64,000 bases of DNA from Octopus bimaculoides (GCF_001194135.2 NC_068998.1:43085442-43149441); one strand, 5' to 3'. Shown: positions 13,201 to 24,867, numbered from the stretch's first letter. Numbers and translations: made by a program. Notes: generated by a model from the letters alone, not told the origin.

Positions 13201-14343
13201 TGTATGTGTAGTTAATTGTGAGATAGAAATTTAAATGTAATAAAATATTTTAAAAGAAATTTAAAGTGCCTACGTGATAACTGTAACCTTACTTTTGGGC
13301 AACCCTGTATATACACGTGTGTGTGTGTGTGGGGGGGGGGTATAATACACGATATATTTTAAACTGAAACTTAACCTATTATGAGACTCTGGGATTCACG
13401 TCTAATCAATACTTGAACAATAGAAATGAAACAACAGGTGTTTATACAAGAAATGAAACAAAAAGCTGCTGACCTTGAGATGCCTGTTAACAAACGAAAA
13501 TTTTCAATTTGTTTGGAACATAAAACACATAAAAGAAGGCTGTCTAGTATTCAGCATTTAATTATTTTGAAACATTCCAATAAAAATTTCAATTTATGGT
13601 ACCAAGAAGATTTAAAACTTTAAGTACTTGGAATGAAACTTCTGTGGAAAGGCATCTTTTTTCTTGATAATATAAACATCACAATCATCTTTATTCTATG
13701 TGTAAGGTTTAAAATTTTTTGATATCTTACAAATGATTTTATGCCTCTGGTATTGTTATTTGTTAAACATTAGATATAAATATTAACAAATTTGTGTGAA
13801 TACATCTTTTGATAACTTAAAAAGGATTTTCAGTTAACTTGAGATAATTCTTAGAAGCTGCAGCATTTAGCTGTAAATTCTTCTACACAATAAACTATAA
13901 ATTTTGAAAGACAAATTATTAAATGGAAATTTTGCTCAATTATAAAATGCCATTAAATTATCGTAACCTTGCACAAAACATCACCTATTCCAATATAGGT
14001 AAATTTAATGAGCAATAATGATATGGCTAATAACGAATTTCGCTATAATGTAATTTGAAATTGCAATTCATAAAATTGATTACCCTTTAGATGGGAATTA
14101 ATTAATGACTGGGTATATAAATATATAGTTAGAGCCACCCAATAATTACTAAAAGATATAAAGGCTTAAAAGCCTATCTATTTAACGGTTTGATTTCACA
14201 CACACACACTCCCTCTCTCTCTCTCTCTTCCTCTCCTATTTTAGAATCCAGCTATAAGGAATATAACTCCTCTTTTAGTATTCATCTAGAGTCTGAAAGA
14301 TAGTAAGATTCAATATGGAGTGTAATGGAAAATTTGGGCTTAA

Positions 14344-14564
14344 TCCGCTAGAATTCTGATTATTCTCTTAAATGTAATACATATTAATTGATATTGTTTT
14401 GAATTAATCAAGCATTATCTTGTTGCTTTGAGATTTTGATGATATGATTGTTCATTTCTATAATGACACCGTAGGGTAGATAGGAGAGGCCTGACCTGGC
14501 CAATTTCAACATAAAACATGTAGAAAAAATTTGACCGGATATGGGCAGTTTAAATGCTGAAAGC
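14344..14564. mobile_element. TTAA-flanked piggyBac-like MITE, family G
   Basis: TTAA at both sides (14340 and 14565) with degenerate CCCTTTAGCATT-type TIRs. Body matches 30368-30584 and 48459-48670. Confidence 0.7.
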
Positions 14565-14798
14565 TTAAGCAAAATCTTTTATTGGAAATGAAAGCACTCA
14601 TATTTCATGTGCCAGTGAAGAAGCGGACTCCCTCTTTGCTTAAGATTCAGTTACCGAATGGAATTTTAAGTTGATTTCAGCACACAAGGATTTACAAAAC
14701 ATACTGTAATTATTCAAGAACAGGACTACAATAAGTATTTTGAGTTCAATAAAAATCATGTTTGTTTGGTAGTATATATATATATATATATACATATG

Positions 14799-15182
14799 TG
14801 GAGGTGCAATGGCCCAGTGGTTAGGGCAGTGGACCCGTGATCATAGGATCGCGGTTTCGATTCCCAGACCGGGTGTTGTGAGTGTCTATTGAGCGAAAAC
14901 ACCTAAAGCTCCACGAGGCTCCGGCAGGGGAAGGTGGCGAACCCTGCTGTACTCTTTCACCACAACTTTCTCTCACTCTTACTTCCTGTTTCTGTTGTAC
15001 CTGAAATTCAAGGGGCCAGCCTTGTCATACTCTGTGTCACGCTGAATCTCCCCGAGAACTACGTTAAGGATACACGTGTCTGTGGAGTGCTCAGCCACTT
15101 GCACGTTAATTTCACGAGCAGGCTGTTCCGTTGACCGGATCAACTGGAACCCTTGACGTTGTAAGCGACGGAGTGCCAACAA
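14799..15182 (+). mobile_element. tRNA-derived SINE family C, full length
   Basis: TGGAGGTGCAATGGCCCAGTGGTTAGG (A box) ... GGTTTCGATTCCC (B box) ... GGAGTGCCAACAA tail. Matches 3321 and 51277. Confidence 0.93.
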
Positions 15183-15195
15183 TATATACATATAT

Positions 15196-15261
<66 letters not shown>

Positions 15262-15375
15262 GGAGATATATTTAAGAATTTACAAAAAATTGGAGAGGAA
15301 TAACTGGCCTGTCTGTCTGACATTTTCTGTCTTGCATGTAGCTAAGGAATGTTATATATATTTGTATATATATAC

Positions 15376-15415
<40 letters not shown>

Positions 15416-15832
15416 TTTATACACACATGTATGTAGATATATATGCACACACAAAAAATACAAAATACATCCATAAATGCATACACACAAATGTATATGA
15501 AAATGTATATATAATGTATATGATGTGTGTGTGTGTGTGTGTGTGTGTTTAAATGTATGCCAAACCTTCAATATTTTAGCTCTAGGGAAAACAGAATTTT
15601 TTTTCATATCTTCTTCTATTTTAGTTTATCCTTGTTAAGTTACTTTTTAATTTTATTTATTTCAGTTCCCTTTTCTTTGGGCGAACAAATGTGTAGAGAC
15701 TAAGATTTGTTATTTTTTATCTCTTGTTTTGTTTTTGCTGTGATGCTTGTGTCTTTTGTTTGATTTTCTGTTCCTTTAGTTAAAGAATAATTGATTGATG
15801 AAATGTGTATTATGTTGACAGCTTTGCTAGTG

Positions 15833-15892
<60 letters not shown>

Positions 15893-16081
15893 NNNNNNNN
15901 NNNNNNNNNNNNNNNNNNNNNNNNNNNNNNNNNNNNNNNNNNNNNNNNNNNNNNNNNNTAAACTGTTTCACACACAACACAAGGAACAATGGATATGTAT
16001 GGTGGGGGGGGGGTTATCTACAAGCAATTCTACTACGTAATTTTTAACTTGAAACTCATTTTATATACCATATGCTCTTTA

Positions 16082-16124
<43 letters not shown>

Positions 16125-16606
16125 CACTCAGTATATATGTATATCTGTGTATATACATACACATACATAGATATACATGTATGTATGTTTGTTTGTATGT
16201 ATGTGTGTATATGCACTGACGTATGTATGAGTATGTCTCTAGCCAGCTCTTTCATGATACCCTTAAAGCCAGGAACTTTTCAGCACCCCCTGTACCTTTC
16301 TAAGTTGCTAACCCCCTACTTTTGTCCCTGTGATCATTATTTATCGGTCCTCAAAAGCCTAGTGTGTCATCTCCCATCATAAACCAAAAGAAATGCAGGT
16401 TGCATCAGATCTTATGGTATCCAATACACCCCACAACTCTCCCTTTCCCTCCAATACATCTGCTGCATTCACATCATAACACTTCTCCCTTCAGCTCAAC
16501 TCCCTATCAGCATTCCTTACTTTCTTAGCCTCAGCCTTCTGTGCTTCAGATCGCTCCTTATCACAGTCTTACCAGCGACCATTTCTGTGGCTATCCCTCA
16601 CTTGTT

Positions 16607-16933
16607 ATGTTATTACCAGGTCATAAAACTTCTTGCTGTACATGATTAGCTCTACCAGCTGATATATGACAACTGGAATAACATAAGAGAGATTGCCTCT
16701 CTTATCAGCTCACAGTGCCACCATGTGGTCTCTGTAGCTGAAGAGGAGATAACCACTCCAAAATGCTGGACAGGTGGCACTGAGAACTGATTTACCTGTA
16801 TTTACACCATTTGTTTACAGTGAGAAGTTTTCTCTATCACAAAACAACTGTGAATGACCTGATTATGAGTTCAAACCCATCACTGACATATTCGAATTGT
16901 TAATAATATTAAATACATACACCTCACTGCTTA
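16607..16933 (+). mobile_element. TIR-hammerhead element, copy 1 (left arm mostly lost, hammerhead truncated)
   Basis: Aligns to 19455-19830. CTGAAGA-GGAG..CTCC-AAAA at 16738-16763 is followed by a deletion. Right arm ends CACTGCTTA at 16933. Confidence 0.8.
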
Positions 16934-16994
16934 GAACACTTGCCTTGTAATTAATTTATGGTCAATTGCCTATTAGCCCTACCAATCAACGTAC

Positions 16995-17245
16995 GACCAC
17001 TGGAATAACATAAAAGAGATTTCTGGTTTCTGTGACTGAAGAGGAGATAAGCTCTGAAATGCTTGCATTTCACAATCTGGACAGGTGTAACTGTAAGCTG
17101 ATTTAGGTGTATCCACACCATTTGTCTACAGTGAGAAATTTTCTCCAATTTTCTCCACACAGTGAATGGCTTGTTTATGAGTTCAAATTTGCCACTGGCA
17201 TATTCAAACTGGTAATAACATTGCATTTATACACATCACTGCTTA
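16995..17245 (+). mobile_element. TIR-hammerhead element, copy 2 (tandem to copy 1)
   Basis: Aligns to 19570-19830. Right arm ends CATTTATACACATCACTGCTTA at 17245. Confidence 0.82.
17031..17074 (+). ncRNA. Type I hammerhead ribozyme motif
   Basis: TGTGA CTGAAGA GGAG-ATAAG-CTCT GAA ATGC-TT-GCAT T TCACA. All three stems pair and the core matches CUGANGA/GAAA/UH with H=U. Confidence 0.72.
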
Positions 17246-17648
17246 GCATTTCCACCTCATATTCCACACTTGCCCTCTGCAATTACGGAGACTCATTCTA
17301 CTATCAATATCTCCTTATTTTTACTGTGTTTCTTTATCACTCCTATTTCTCTCTTTCTCTGTCATCCATTTCTCATTACCTCCTTCTATTCCATCATTTC
17401 CTTCTTTTTCTCCCCTTTCCTCTCAGTTTGTCTTCTAGAGGAGTTACCTTAGCTCAACCCACTTCATTGGCCATGTCACCCTGAATGGATCTAACATACA
17501 AGGTACAAATCAACCTCACTAGTGCTGGCTCTCCAGTGAAACACCACAACCAATATACTCACCAAGGAGATTGGCAAATGAGCAGAAATAACTTTGAAAC
17601 AAGAATGAGTGAAATAATTTTGTAAGGATTCTCTGACAGTTTCAATAA

Positions 17649-17915
17649 AATGTCACTGGTCTTAGTCTTTCCTATCGTTATTACTACAAGAAATGTTCTG
17701 ATGAACTTTCTCTTTTAGTTCCAGATCACTTTGTACCATCTTACCAGACTCGAAGTTCACAGTGTCTTTATCCAAATGCTGTTGTATTTCCATGAATAAA
17801 GGAGTCTTTCCATGGTGGTAACTTTTTTCTGTAAACTACCAGACTTTGGAACTCTCTTTCATCTCATTGTTTTACTCCTTCTTATGACTTGAAATCATTC
17901 GAGTCAAAAATAAAT
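17649..17915 (+). mobile_element. CR1/L2-type LINE, RT C-terminal remnant
   Basis: Single frame with two stops: NVTGLSLSYRYYYKKCSDELSLLVPDHFVPSYQTRSSQCLYPNAVVFP*IKESFHGGNFFL*TTRLWNSLSSHCFTPSYDLKSFESKIN. It fits the LxLFYRYY.CS.EL...TR.S...FF.RT.RLWNSL...Y.L..FK.KIN pattern. Confidence 0.82.
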
Positions 17916-18129
17916 TTATTTTGTTTTATTTCTCCTTCTTCACAGTTCTTTGCACTAATTGGTTTCTTGCCTTATTTGAGCCATTCTTATGCATAGAAAA
18001 AAGTTATTTCAGTTTTTTAATTAATTGCCAACTCATTCAGTTATTGAGTAAGTGGCTGAATATTCTACAGCCACATATATATTTAAATGAAAGCACAGGC
18101 AGAAATTAAGCATGCTCAGTGAATTACTG

Positions 18130-18290
18130 GTATAGTTTATCTGTTTCTGTCTATCCAGTTACATTTACAAAGCTTTGGTCTACACACTAAGGCTAGTGTA
18201 GAATACACCTCATCAACATGCCACTCCGAAGGATTGAACCTAGAATGCCATGATTGTAAACAAACTTCCCAGCCACTTAGCCAACTATTC
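18130..18290 (-). mobile_element. SINE family A head, highly diverged
   Basis: Residual CAAAGCTTTGG..AAGGCTA..GTAGAA..ATGCCAC..TTGAACC..AGCCAC. Confidence 0.55.
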
Positions 18291-18427
18291 AACTTGTTTT
18301 CTTATCTCTTTCTCTCCCTCCCTCTCTCTCTCCCTCTCACATGCACATATTGAAGCACAACTGACACAATTATCAATATATACCTAATCAATAATCATAT
18401 GTTCATACAAGCTACACACAAATATAG

Positions 18428-18460
<33 letters not shown>

Positions 18461-18924
18461 AACACAAAGACACACAATCACACACACACACGCAGTCATA
18501 TTCACACATAGACACACACACACACATTTATTAATGAAAAACACACATAGGTATCATACACACACAAACACGCGTTATGAATTGTCATCATTACACAATA
18601 GAAATAACAGTGTATAAATAGCCCTCAGCATCGGATATTTTGGAAGGAAGAAAACAGCAGATGCACTTTCTTATTTATCTTTGCTTAATACAAGTGATAA
18701 TATAACTTCATTGTTTGTTAAAATTGAGTTTAAAAAAAAAATATATTACTCTTGATTTACAGGAAGTAAAAAAAAAAAAAAACTCTGTTTAATTGAAGGA
18801 AGTCAATGTGAAAAGAAGTGGCAGAGTAGTCTGACTTTTCACCTTTGCAATATTTTTTAATTATATTTCGGATGGTAGAATCGGAAGGCCAGCTGAAGAA
18901 ATACCTTGGTATATGTATATATAT

Positions 18925-19126
18925 TCGCCATGATAGATCGCTGACCACTACATTCATATTTTTTTTCTCCTTGGTTTTCTCCTAATTTTTTCTGTGTTCC
19001 TTTCTGTTGAAGAGCGTAGCTCGAAACGTTAAAGACTTTCTCTATTCCCGAGCGTTAAACTAATACATCCTTTTGTTGTTTACACCACCTGTCCTCGTCT
19101 GTTGTTTTTTTTCGTAAATTCTCCCA
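18925..19126 (+). mobile_element. ~190-bp hammerhead-variant repeat (Penelope-terminus-like), copy 2
   Basis: Reverse complement of 11503-11692. It retains CpGs and ends at a (TA)n tract. Confidence 0.78.
19000..19034 (+). ncRNA. Minimal type I hammerhead-like motif, variant core
   Basis: CTTT CTGTTGA A GAGC-GTA-GCTC GAA ACGT T AAAG. It has a 4-bp stem I, a 4-bp stem II and a palindromic ACGT stem III. The core has A6->U and an extra A before stem II. Confidence 0.55.
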
Positions 19127-19454
19127 TATATATATATATATATATATATAGGTTATGAGCGATAGTGGGGTCAATTAAACCCAGAGGTTTCAGGTAATGC
19201 TGAGTAAGTGTTATGGATAGATCATGGTTAAGCTCCAGGTTTGGTGGTTATGCGAATATGGGGTCCAGCATAGGTCATATATCAGCATATGAATATAAGG
19301 ATTTACTTTTCGTAATGGGACAAAAAAACCCACGGCTGTGTGCATTATAGAACATTTATAAATCGATTTATAAATGTTCTATATTATACACAGCCTTGGT
19401 TTTTTTATCTCATTACGAAAAGTATATCCTTATATATATATATATATATATATA

Positions 19455-19830
19455 TAAGCAGTTTTGTGTATAAATGTGATATTATTACCAGTTCGAATGT
19501 GCCAGTGACCAGATTGAACTTATAAACGAGTCATTCACTGTGTTTTGTCAGCATTGCCAGCCGATGTACAAAGACGGGAATAGCATAAAAGAAAGTGTTT
19601 CTCTTATCAGCTCAGAGCACCATAGTTCAGTTTCTGTGACTGAAGAGGAGATAACCACTCCAAAATGCTTGAATCTCACAGTCCTGATAGATGGCACTGC
19701 ATGCTCATTTAGGTGTATTTACACCATTTGTCTACAGCGAGAAATTTTCTCCATGGCAAAACACAGTGAATGACTTGCTTACGAGTTCAAACTTGCCACT
19801 GGCATATTCAAACTGTTAATAACATTGCAT
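19455..19830 (+). mobile_element. TIR-hammerhead element, copy 3 (both arms present)
   Basis: 19474-19550 and 19754-19830 are inverted repeats (63/77 identical by hand alignment). The left arm extends to about 19455 by complementarity to the right ends of copies 1 and 2. A hammerhead sits in the centre. Confidence 0.85.
19634..19681 (+). ncRNA. Type I hammerhead motif with G12A substitution
   Basis: CTGTGA CTGAAGA GGAG-ATAACCA-CTCC AAA ATGC-TT-GAAT C TCACAG. It has a 6-bp stem I, a 4-bp stem II and H17=C. Confidence 0.68.
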
Positions 19831-20083
19831 GATTTCTTTTTTGTTGAATATCAGTCACACCGTGTTTACTTGACCCTTTACCTCTCTAAGTACTAGTAAC
19901 ATATTCTAAGAGTTAATTCAATCAACTTTACCATTCCTCAAGAGGTGTGTGGTCTTATGCCAATGTAAGAAATCACAATTTCTTATTTCATTTCATGTTT
20001 TTTTTTAAGTAGACAAAGATAAGAATACAGAAGAAATATATTGACTGTAGTTGATTTAGCATAAACCACTCTATCCCTCTTCT

Positions 20084-20125
<42 letters not shown>

Positions 20126-20684
20126 TCTTTCTTCTTCCTTTATAGGGTGGGGGTGGGGGGAAGATACATTAGCTTAAAACTAATTTGAAATAAATGATTT
20201 TTAAAACTACATTGGAGACTAAAAATCTGCTAGAATTTCAAATAACCTCATCTTTATTTTTTTATTTTATTTAATTCATTTTATCACAATTTTTTTTAGT
20301 GTCTTTGTTCACTAAAATTGAAAATTACTAATGGTTATGCAAGTGAAAATGGCTTTTTTTGTCTGCTGTGTTTGACAGAATCTGTATTATACATTTCTTT
20401 ATAATTCAAAGTGAAAAAAAAAGGCATTTTGGAAACAGCCTTTTTGTTTTAATGCAGATCATGAAAGACTTTCAAATCTAATGGTTATATATATATGTTC
20501 ATTATAAAGACATGTAGTGGAGAACAATTTCTTTCCATGGTACCTGTTCACATTTCAGTAAACTGTGCTGGTGTGATTTAACTTTGTTTTACCTGGGTTC
20601 AGTTTGTTTCCATTGTTTTTATACCTTTGGCTATACATTCATACATTTTTTATAGACATAGACATAAACATGTATGTATGGATG

Positions 20685-20715
<31 letters not shown>

Positions 20716-21174
20716 NNNNNNNNNNNNNNNNNNNNNNNNNNNNNNNNNNNNNNNNNNNNNNNNNNNNNNNNNNNNNNNNNNNNNNNNNNNNNNNNNNNNN
20801 NNNNNNNNNNNNNNNNNNNNNNNNNNNNNNNNNNNNNNNNNNNNNNNNNNNNNNNNNNNNNNNNNNNNNNNNNNNNNNNNNNNNNNNNNNNNNNNNNNNN
20901 NNNNNNNNNNNNNNNNNNNNNNNNNNNNNNNNNNNNNNNNNNNNNNNNNNNNNNNNNNNNNNNNNNNNNNNNNNNNNNNNNNNNNNNNNNNNNNNNNNNN
21001 NNNNNNNNNNNNNNNNNNNNNNNNNNNNNNNNNNNNNNNNNNNNNNNNNNNNNNNNNNNNNNNNNNNNNNNNNNNNNNNNNNNNNNNNNNNNNNNNNNNN
21101 NNNNNNNNNNNNNNNNNNNNNNNNNNNNNNNNNNNNNNNNNNNNNNNNNNNNNNNNNNNNNNNNNNNNNNNNNN

Positions 21175-21207
<33 letters not shown>

Positions 21208-21509
21208 AAGCTTATTTATTTCCTCTTAAATCTCTCAAATATGCTACCATTATCATCATCCATGTTATTATCATAATCGTCTAACATCCACTTTTCCATG
21301 CATGCATGAGTCGGAGGGGTTTATTTGAGGCAGATATTCTATGCCCTTCTTGTTACAATCCTCATCTGTCTTCAAGGTAATATTTCTCCATGATTCAACA
21401 TGATCTTTAAAAATATTGGAAATAAACGACACTGCTTGTATGACAGTGAAAATTATTTACAAATATTGTGCAATGTTAAAACAAGGAGACATAATAACAC
21501 ACACTCATG

Positions 21510-21700
21510 TATACATATGTGTGTTTGTGTGTGTGTGTATGTGTGCACAATGGGCTTCTTTCAGTTTCCATTTACCAAATCCACTCACAACGCTTTTAGT
21601 CAACTCAGGGCTATAATAGAAGACACTTACTCACTGTGGGACCGAAACTGGAACCATGTATTTGGGAAGTAAACGTCTTACCGCATAGCCATGCCTTCAC
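21510..21700 (-). mobile_element. SINE family A, 5' half
   Basis: GGGCTTCTTTCAGTTTCC..CCAAATCCACTCACAA..GGAACCATG..CATAGCCATGCC, preceded by the internal (GT)n. Confidence 0.82.
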
Positions 21701-22358
21701 CTATATTATATTGTTGTCAATTCCATAATTTAGCTGCTATTGTTGCTGAAGACTGGCAGCAAATCTTGCTGTGAACACCTATCCCAATATTTAAGGTCTT
21801 CATGAATGCAATGTGGACTGGTTCCAGATTGGATCTTGTTTGCTAGTGACACAGGTGACAACAAAGAAACACCAGTTGTTTGAGACACGAGTGTAACTGG
21901 AAGAACTGGTTAAGGTTTTGCAAGGCAGAAGCTGATATGAATATAAGTGTTAATTATAGGATTTGAGTTATTAGTATTACTCAACAACAAAAATTGCTTA
22001 ATTACAGTAGAAAATCTTTGAAATTCTTTTGCTTATTACCTGTGTGTCATAAACACCTAGAAAGCAATAATAGATTTTAGCTGTGCAATACTAACAATGC
22101 AATATAAATTATTATTATCCAATGTTTTCTTCGTTAATATTCAAAGCACGTGCTAGTCAGGAAATGTTTGCTAAAAACTGTTACGATGCCGATAGCTTCG
22201 ACTTTATTCCAACGATTATATTTGCTTAAAGACAAATTCATGTCTGCTTCTATCAGTTTTCTAGAATGAATATTAACCAACATTATTGGTTAAGGACGTA
22301 GAGGAAAAGAAAAAGAGCAACACAAAATGAAACAAAGCAAACATGGAACAAATATATA

Positions 22359-22417
<59 letters not shown>

Positions 22418-22869
22418 CAAAAAAAATAGAAAGAGACTAAATGTTTTATATAGTTTTGTTTTGTTGGAGATATTTCTCGTCATAGATAACGCAATGAATA
22501 ACGGTAAAATACGGCACACTGTGTGAAATAAATCTTTTCACACAAACAGTGCATACAAATTTGTTAATATTTTTCCTTGAAAGTGTTTTTTAAATTGTTT
22601 TTGCTTTTGGAATTTAGAGGTGAGAGAATAAAATAAAATAAAAATAGGTCTTGCTACAGGTAGCAAAAACATAGTGTGCTAAGCATTATAATAAGGTAAA
22701 ACTTCAAGAATACTTTATAGAATAAATAGTAGACGAGATTTAAATGTGAAACTAATGCGAACAGATTGTTATAGTAATAGATTCTTGACAGACAAGACAG
22801 ACCTGGTTAGCATTTTGTGTTGTGAGACAGAAGGTAGCTTACTTTGAGTAGTTTAAACAATATGTCCTG

Positions 22870-23035
22870 AACCTCATCAGCATAATCATCATCATCATCC
22901 TCATCTTCATTATTGTCATCGTCATCGTCCTTATCGTCAACATTAACAACACCTCCATCATCATCATAATCTTCATCATCCTCATCGTTATCATCATTTT
23001 AATATTTAATTTTCCATGCTGGCATGGATCAGACA
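22870..23035 (-). repeat. Imperfect (ATC)n tract plus the extreme 3' end of an RTE tail
   Basis: (CAT)n-rich 22870-22998, then TTTCCATGCTGGCATGG matching the D tail. Confidence 0.7.
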
Positions 23036-23296
23036 GATTTAATCCGTCACCTGTTTCACATAGCCACACCTGTGCCTGTCTATCCTTCTATATCAAACAA
23101 TTCAATATCATATCCCATAACACTACAGTACACTATAGAACTCACATTACAGGTTAAAAAATTACAGATGGGTTCACCAGCATCAATTCACCAAAGGGGA
23201 AATTCACCAGCATCTATTCACTATGAAGAAAGTTCATTGTGAGGAAAGTTTACCGAGAAAATATATCCATAGTATCTCACCATTAATAGTTACTCT

Positions 23297-23492
23297 CTCT
23301 TTTACTTGCTTCAGTCATTTGACTGTGGCCATGCTGGAGCACCACCTTTAGTCGAGCAAATCAACCCGAGGACTTATTCTTTCTAAGCATAGTGCTTATT
23401 TTATCAGTCTCTTTTTTTGCCGAACCGCTAAGTTATGGGGACCTAAAACCTACCAGCATCAGTTGTCAAGTGATGTTGGGGGGACAAACACA

Positions 23493-23559
<67 letters not shown>

Positions 23560-23768
23560 TTATATACATATATACAANNNNNNNNNNNNNNNNNNNNNNN
23601 NNNNNNNNNNNNNNNNNNNNNNNNNNNNNNNNNNNNNNNNNNNNNNNNNNNNNNNNNNNNNNNNNNNNNNNNNNNNNNNNNNNNNNNNNNNNNNNNNNNN
23701 NNNNNNNNNNNNNNNNNNNNNNNNNNNNNNNNNNNNNNNNNNNNNNTGATGTTGGGGGGACAAACACA

Positions 23769-23835
<67 letters not shown>

Positions 23836-23990
23836 TTATATACATATATACAACGGGCTCCTTTCAGTTTCTGTCTACCAAATCAACTCACAAGGCTTTG
23901 GTTGGCCTGAGGCTATAGTAGCCATGCAGTGGGACTGAACCCGGAACCATGTCGTTGGTTAGCAAGCTACTTACCACACAGCCACTCCGT
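23297..23990 (-). mobile_element. SINE family A, interrupted by a gap with a falsely duplicated middle
   Basis: Both SINE halves are present. 23471-23577 is identical to 23747-23853 across the gap. Confidence 0.88.
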
Positions 23991-24179
23991 ATTGAAAAAA
24001 ACGGTGAATTGCTGATGGTAAACTTACTGGCCATGGGCTACACTGTACCAGACTACTCAATTTTGTACTGCATGTATGTATGTGTGTATGTATGTATGCA
24101 TGTATGTATGTATATATGAATATATGTATGTGTGTATGTATGTATGTCATTATTCAGTTTTATTTCAAGATTTCTTGCC

Positions 24180-24480
24180 AGCAGAGAAAGAACCGGTTTC
24201 TAATCTTGATCCACCAACTGATCATGACCGACACCAAGTACCCCCTTACTGGTTCCTGTGCTGGTGGCACGTAAAAAGCACCATCTGAAAGTGATCGTTG
24301 CTAGACTCGACTTACTGGCTCTCGGACTGGTTGGCATTAGGAAGGGCATCCAGCTATAGAAACTCTGCCTGACCAGATTGGAGCCTGGTGCAGCCTTCTG
24401 GCTCACCAGACCTCAGTCAAACCATTGTCCAACCCATGCCAGCATAGAAAACGGACATTAATCGATGATAATGATGATGA
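24180..24480 (+). mobile_element. RTE LINE 3' end (family D)
   Basis: GTGCTGGTGGCACGTAAAAAGCACC..GTTGGCATTAGGAAGGGCATCCAGC..CATGCCAGCATAG..(GAT)n. Confidence 0.85.
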
Positions 24481-24867
24481 TCCAACCGTAGTACACTTGT
24501 CAATATTATCTAATGGTTGTCTTTTGAGATGTGACATCGATCATCGTTTGTTACTGAAAGATTTGAAATGCTTCCACCACCAGTTTGCCATAATCTCTTC
24601 CTTCCTTATTCATCTATCACCCCTTCCTTTCTCATTTGTATGTTGTGACAGAGAAAAACACAAGGGTATTATTATAGTAGATAAGATACACGGTATTCTC
24701 TTTGCCACTTCCTCTTTCTTATTGCTGTTACTTTCTCTCACTCCCTCTCAGTCATGGCTATTACTCTCACTAATTCTCCTTCACTGAATTACTATTTTTT
24801 ATTCTCTCCCTTCACTTATACTACTCTTGCTCCCACTCCCTCCTACTGAGTGATTTTGGAAAAATAC

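Noticed and set aside
13215-13312. Tc1/mariner-like right end (ACTTTTGGGCAACCCTGTATA)
   Set aside because: Only one putative TIR and no coding remnant.
14799-14880. tRNA-like heads of SINEs A, B, C, E and H
   Set aside because: They have A/B boxes but no complete cloverleaf and continue into SINE bodies, so they are not tRNA genes.
16390-16590. Possible very old RTE 3' end on the minus strand (TVIRSDLK..ADRE)
   Set aside because: Similarity too weak to support by eye.
18844-18893. Candidate 50-nt minus-strand exon (WPSDSTIRNIIKKYCK) with AG/GT borders
   Set aside because: It cannot be linked to other exons, could be a Tc1 HTH-like remnant or part of the adjacent repeat, and needs RNA data.
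21770-22265. Protein-like short frames on both strands (HECNVDWFQIGSC; KLIEADMNLSLSKYNRWNKVEAIGI)
   Set aside because: Competing frames on opposite strands, inconsistent phases, and no recognised domain.
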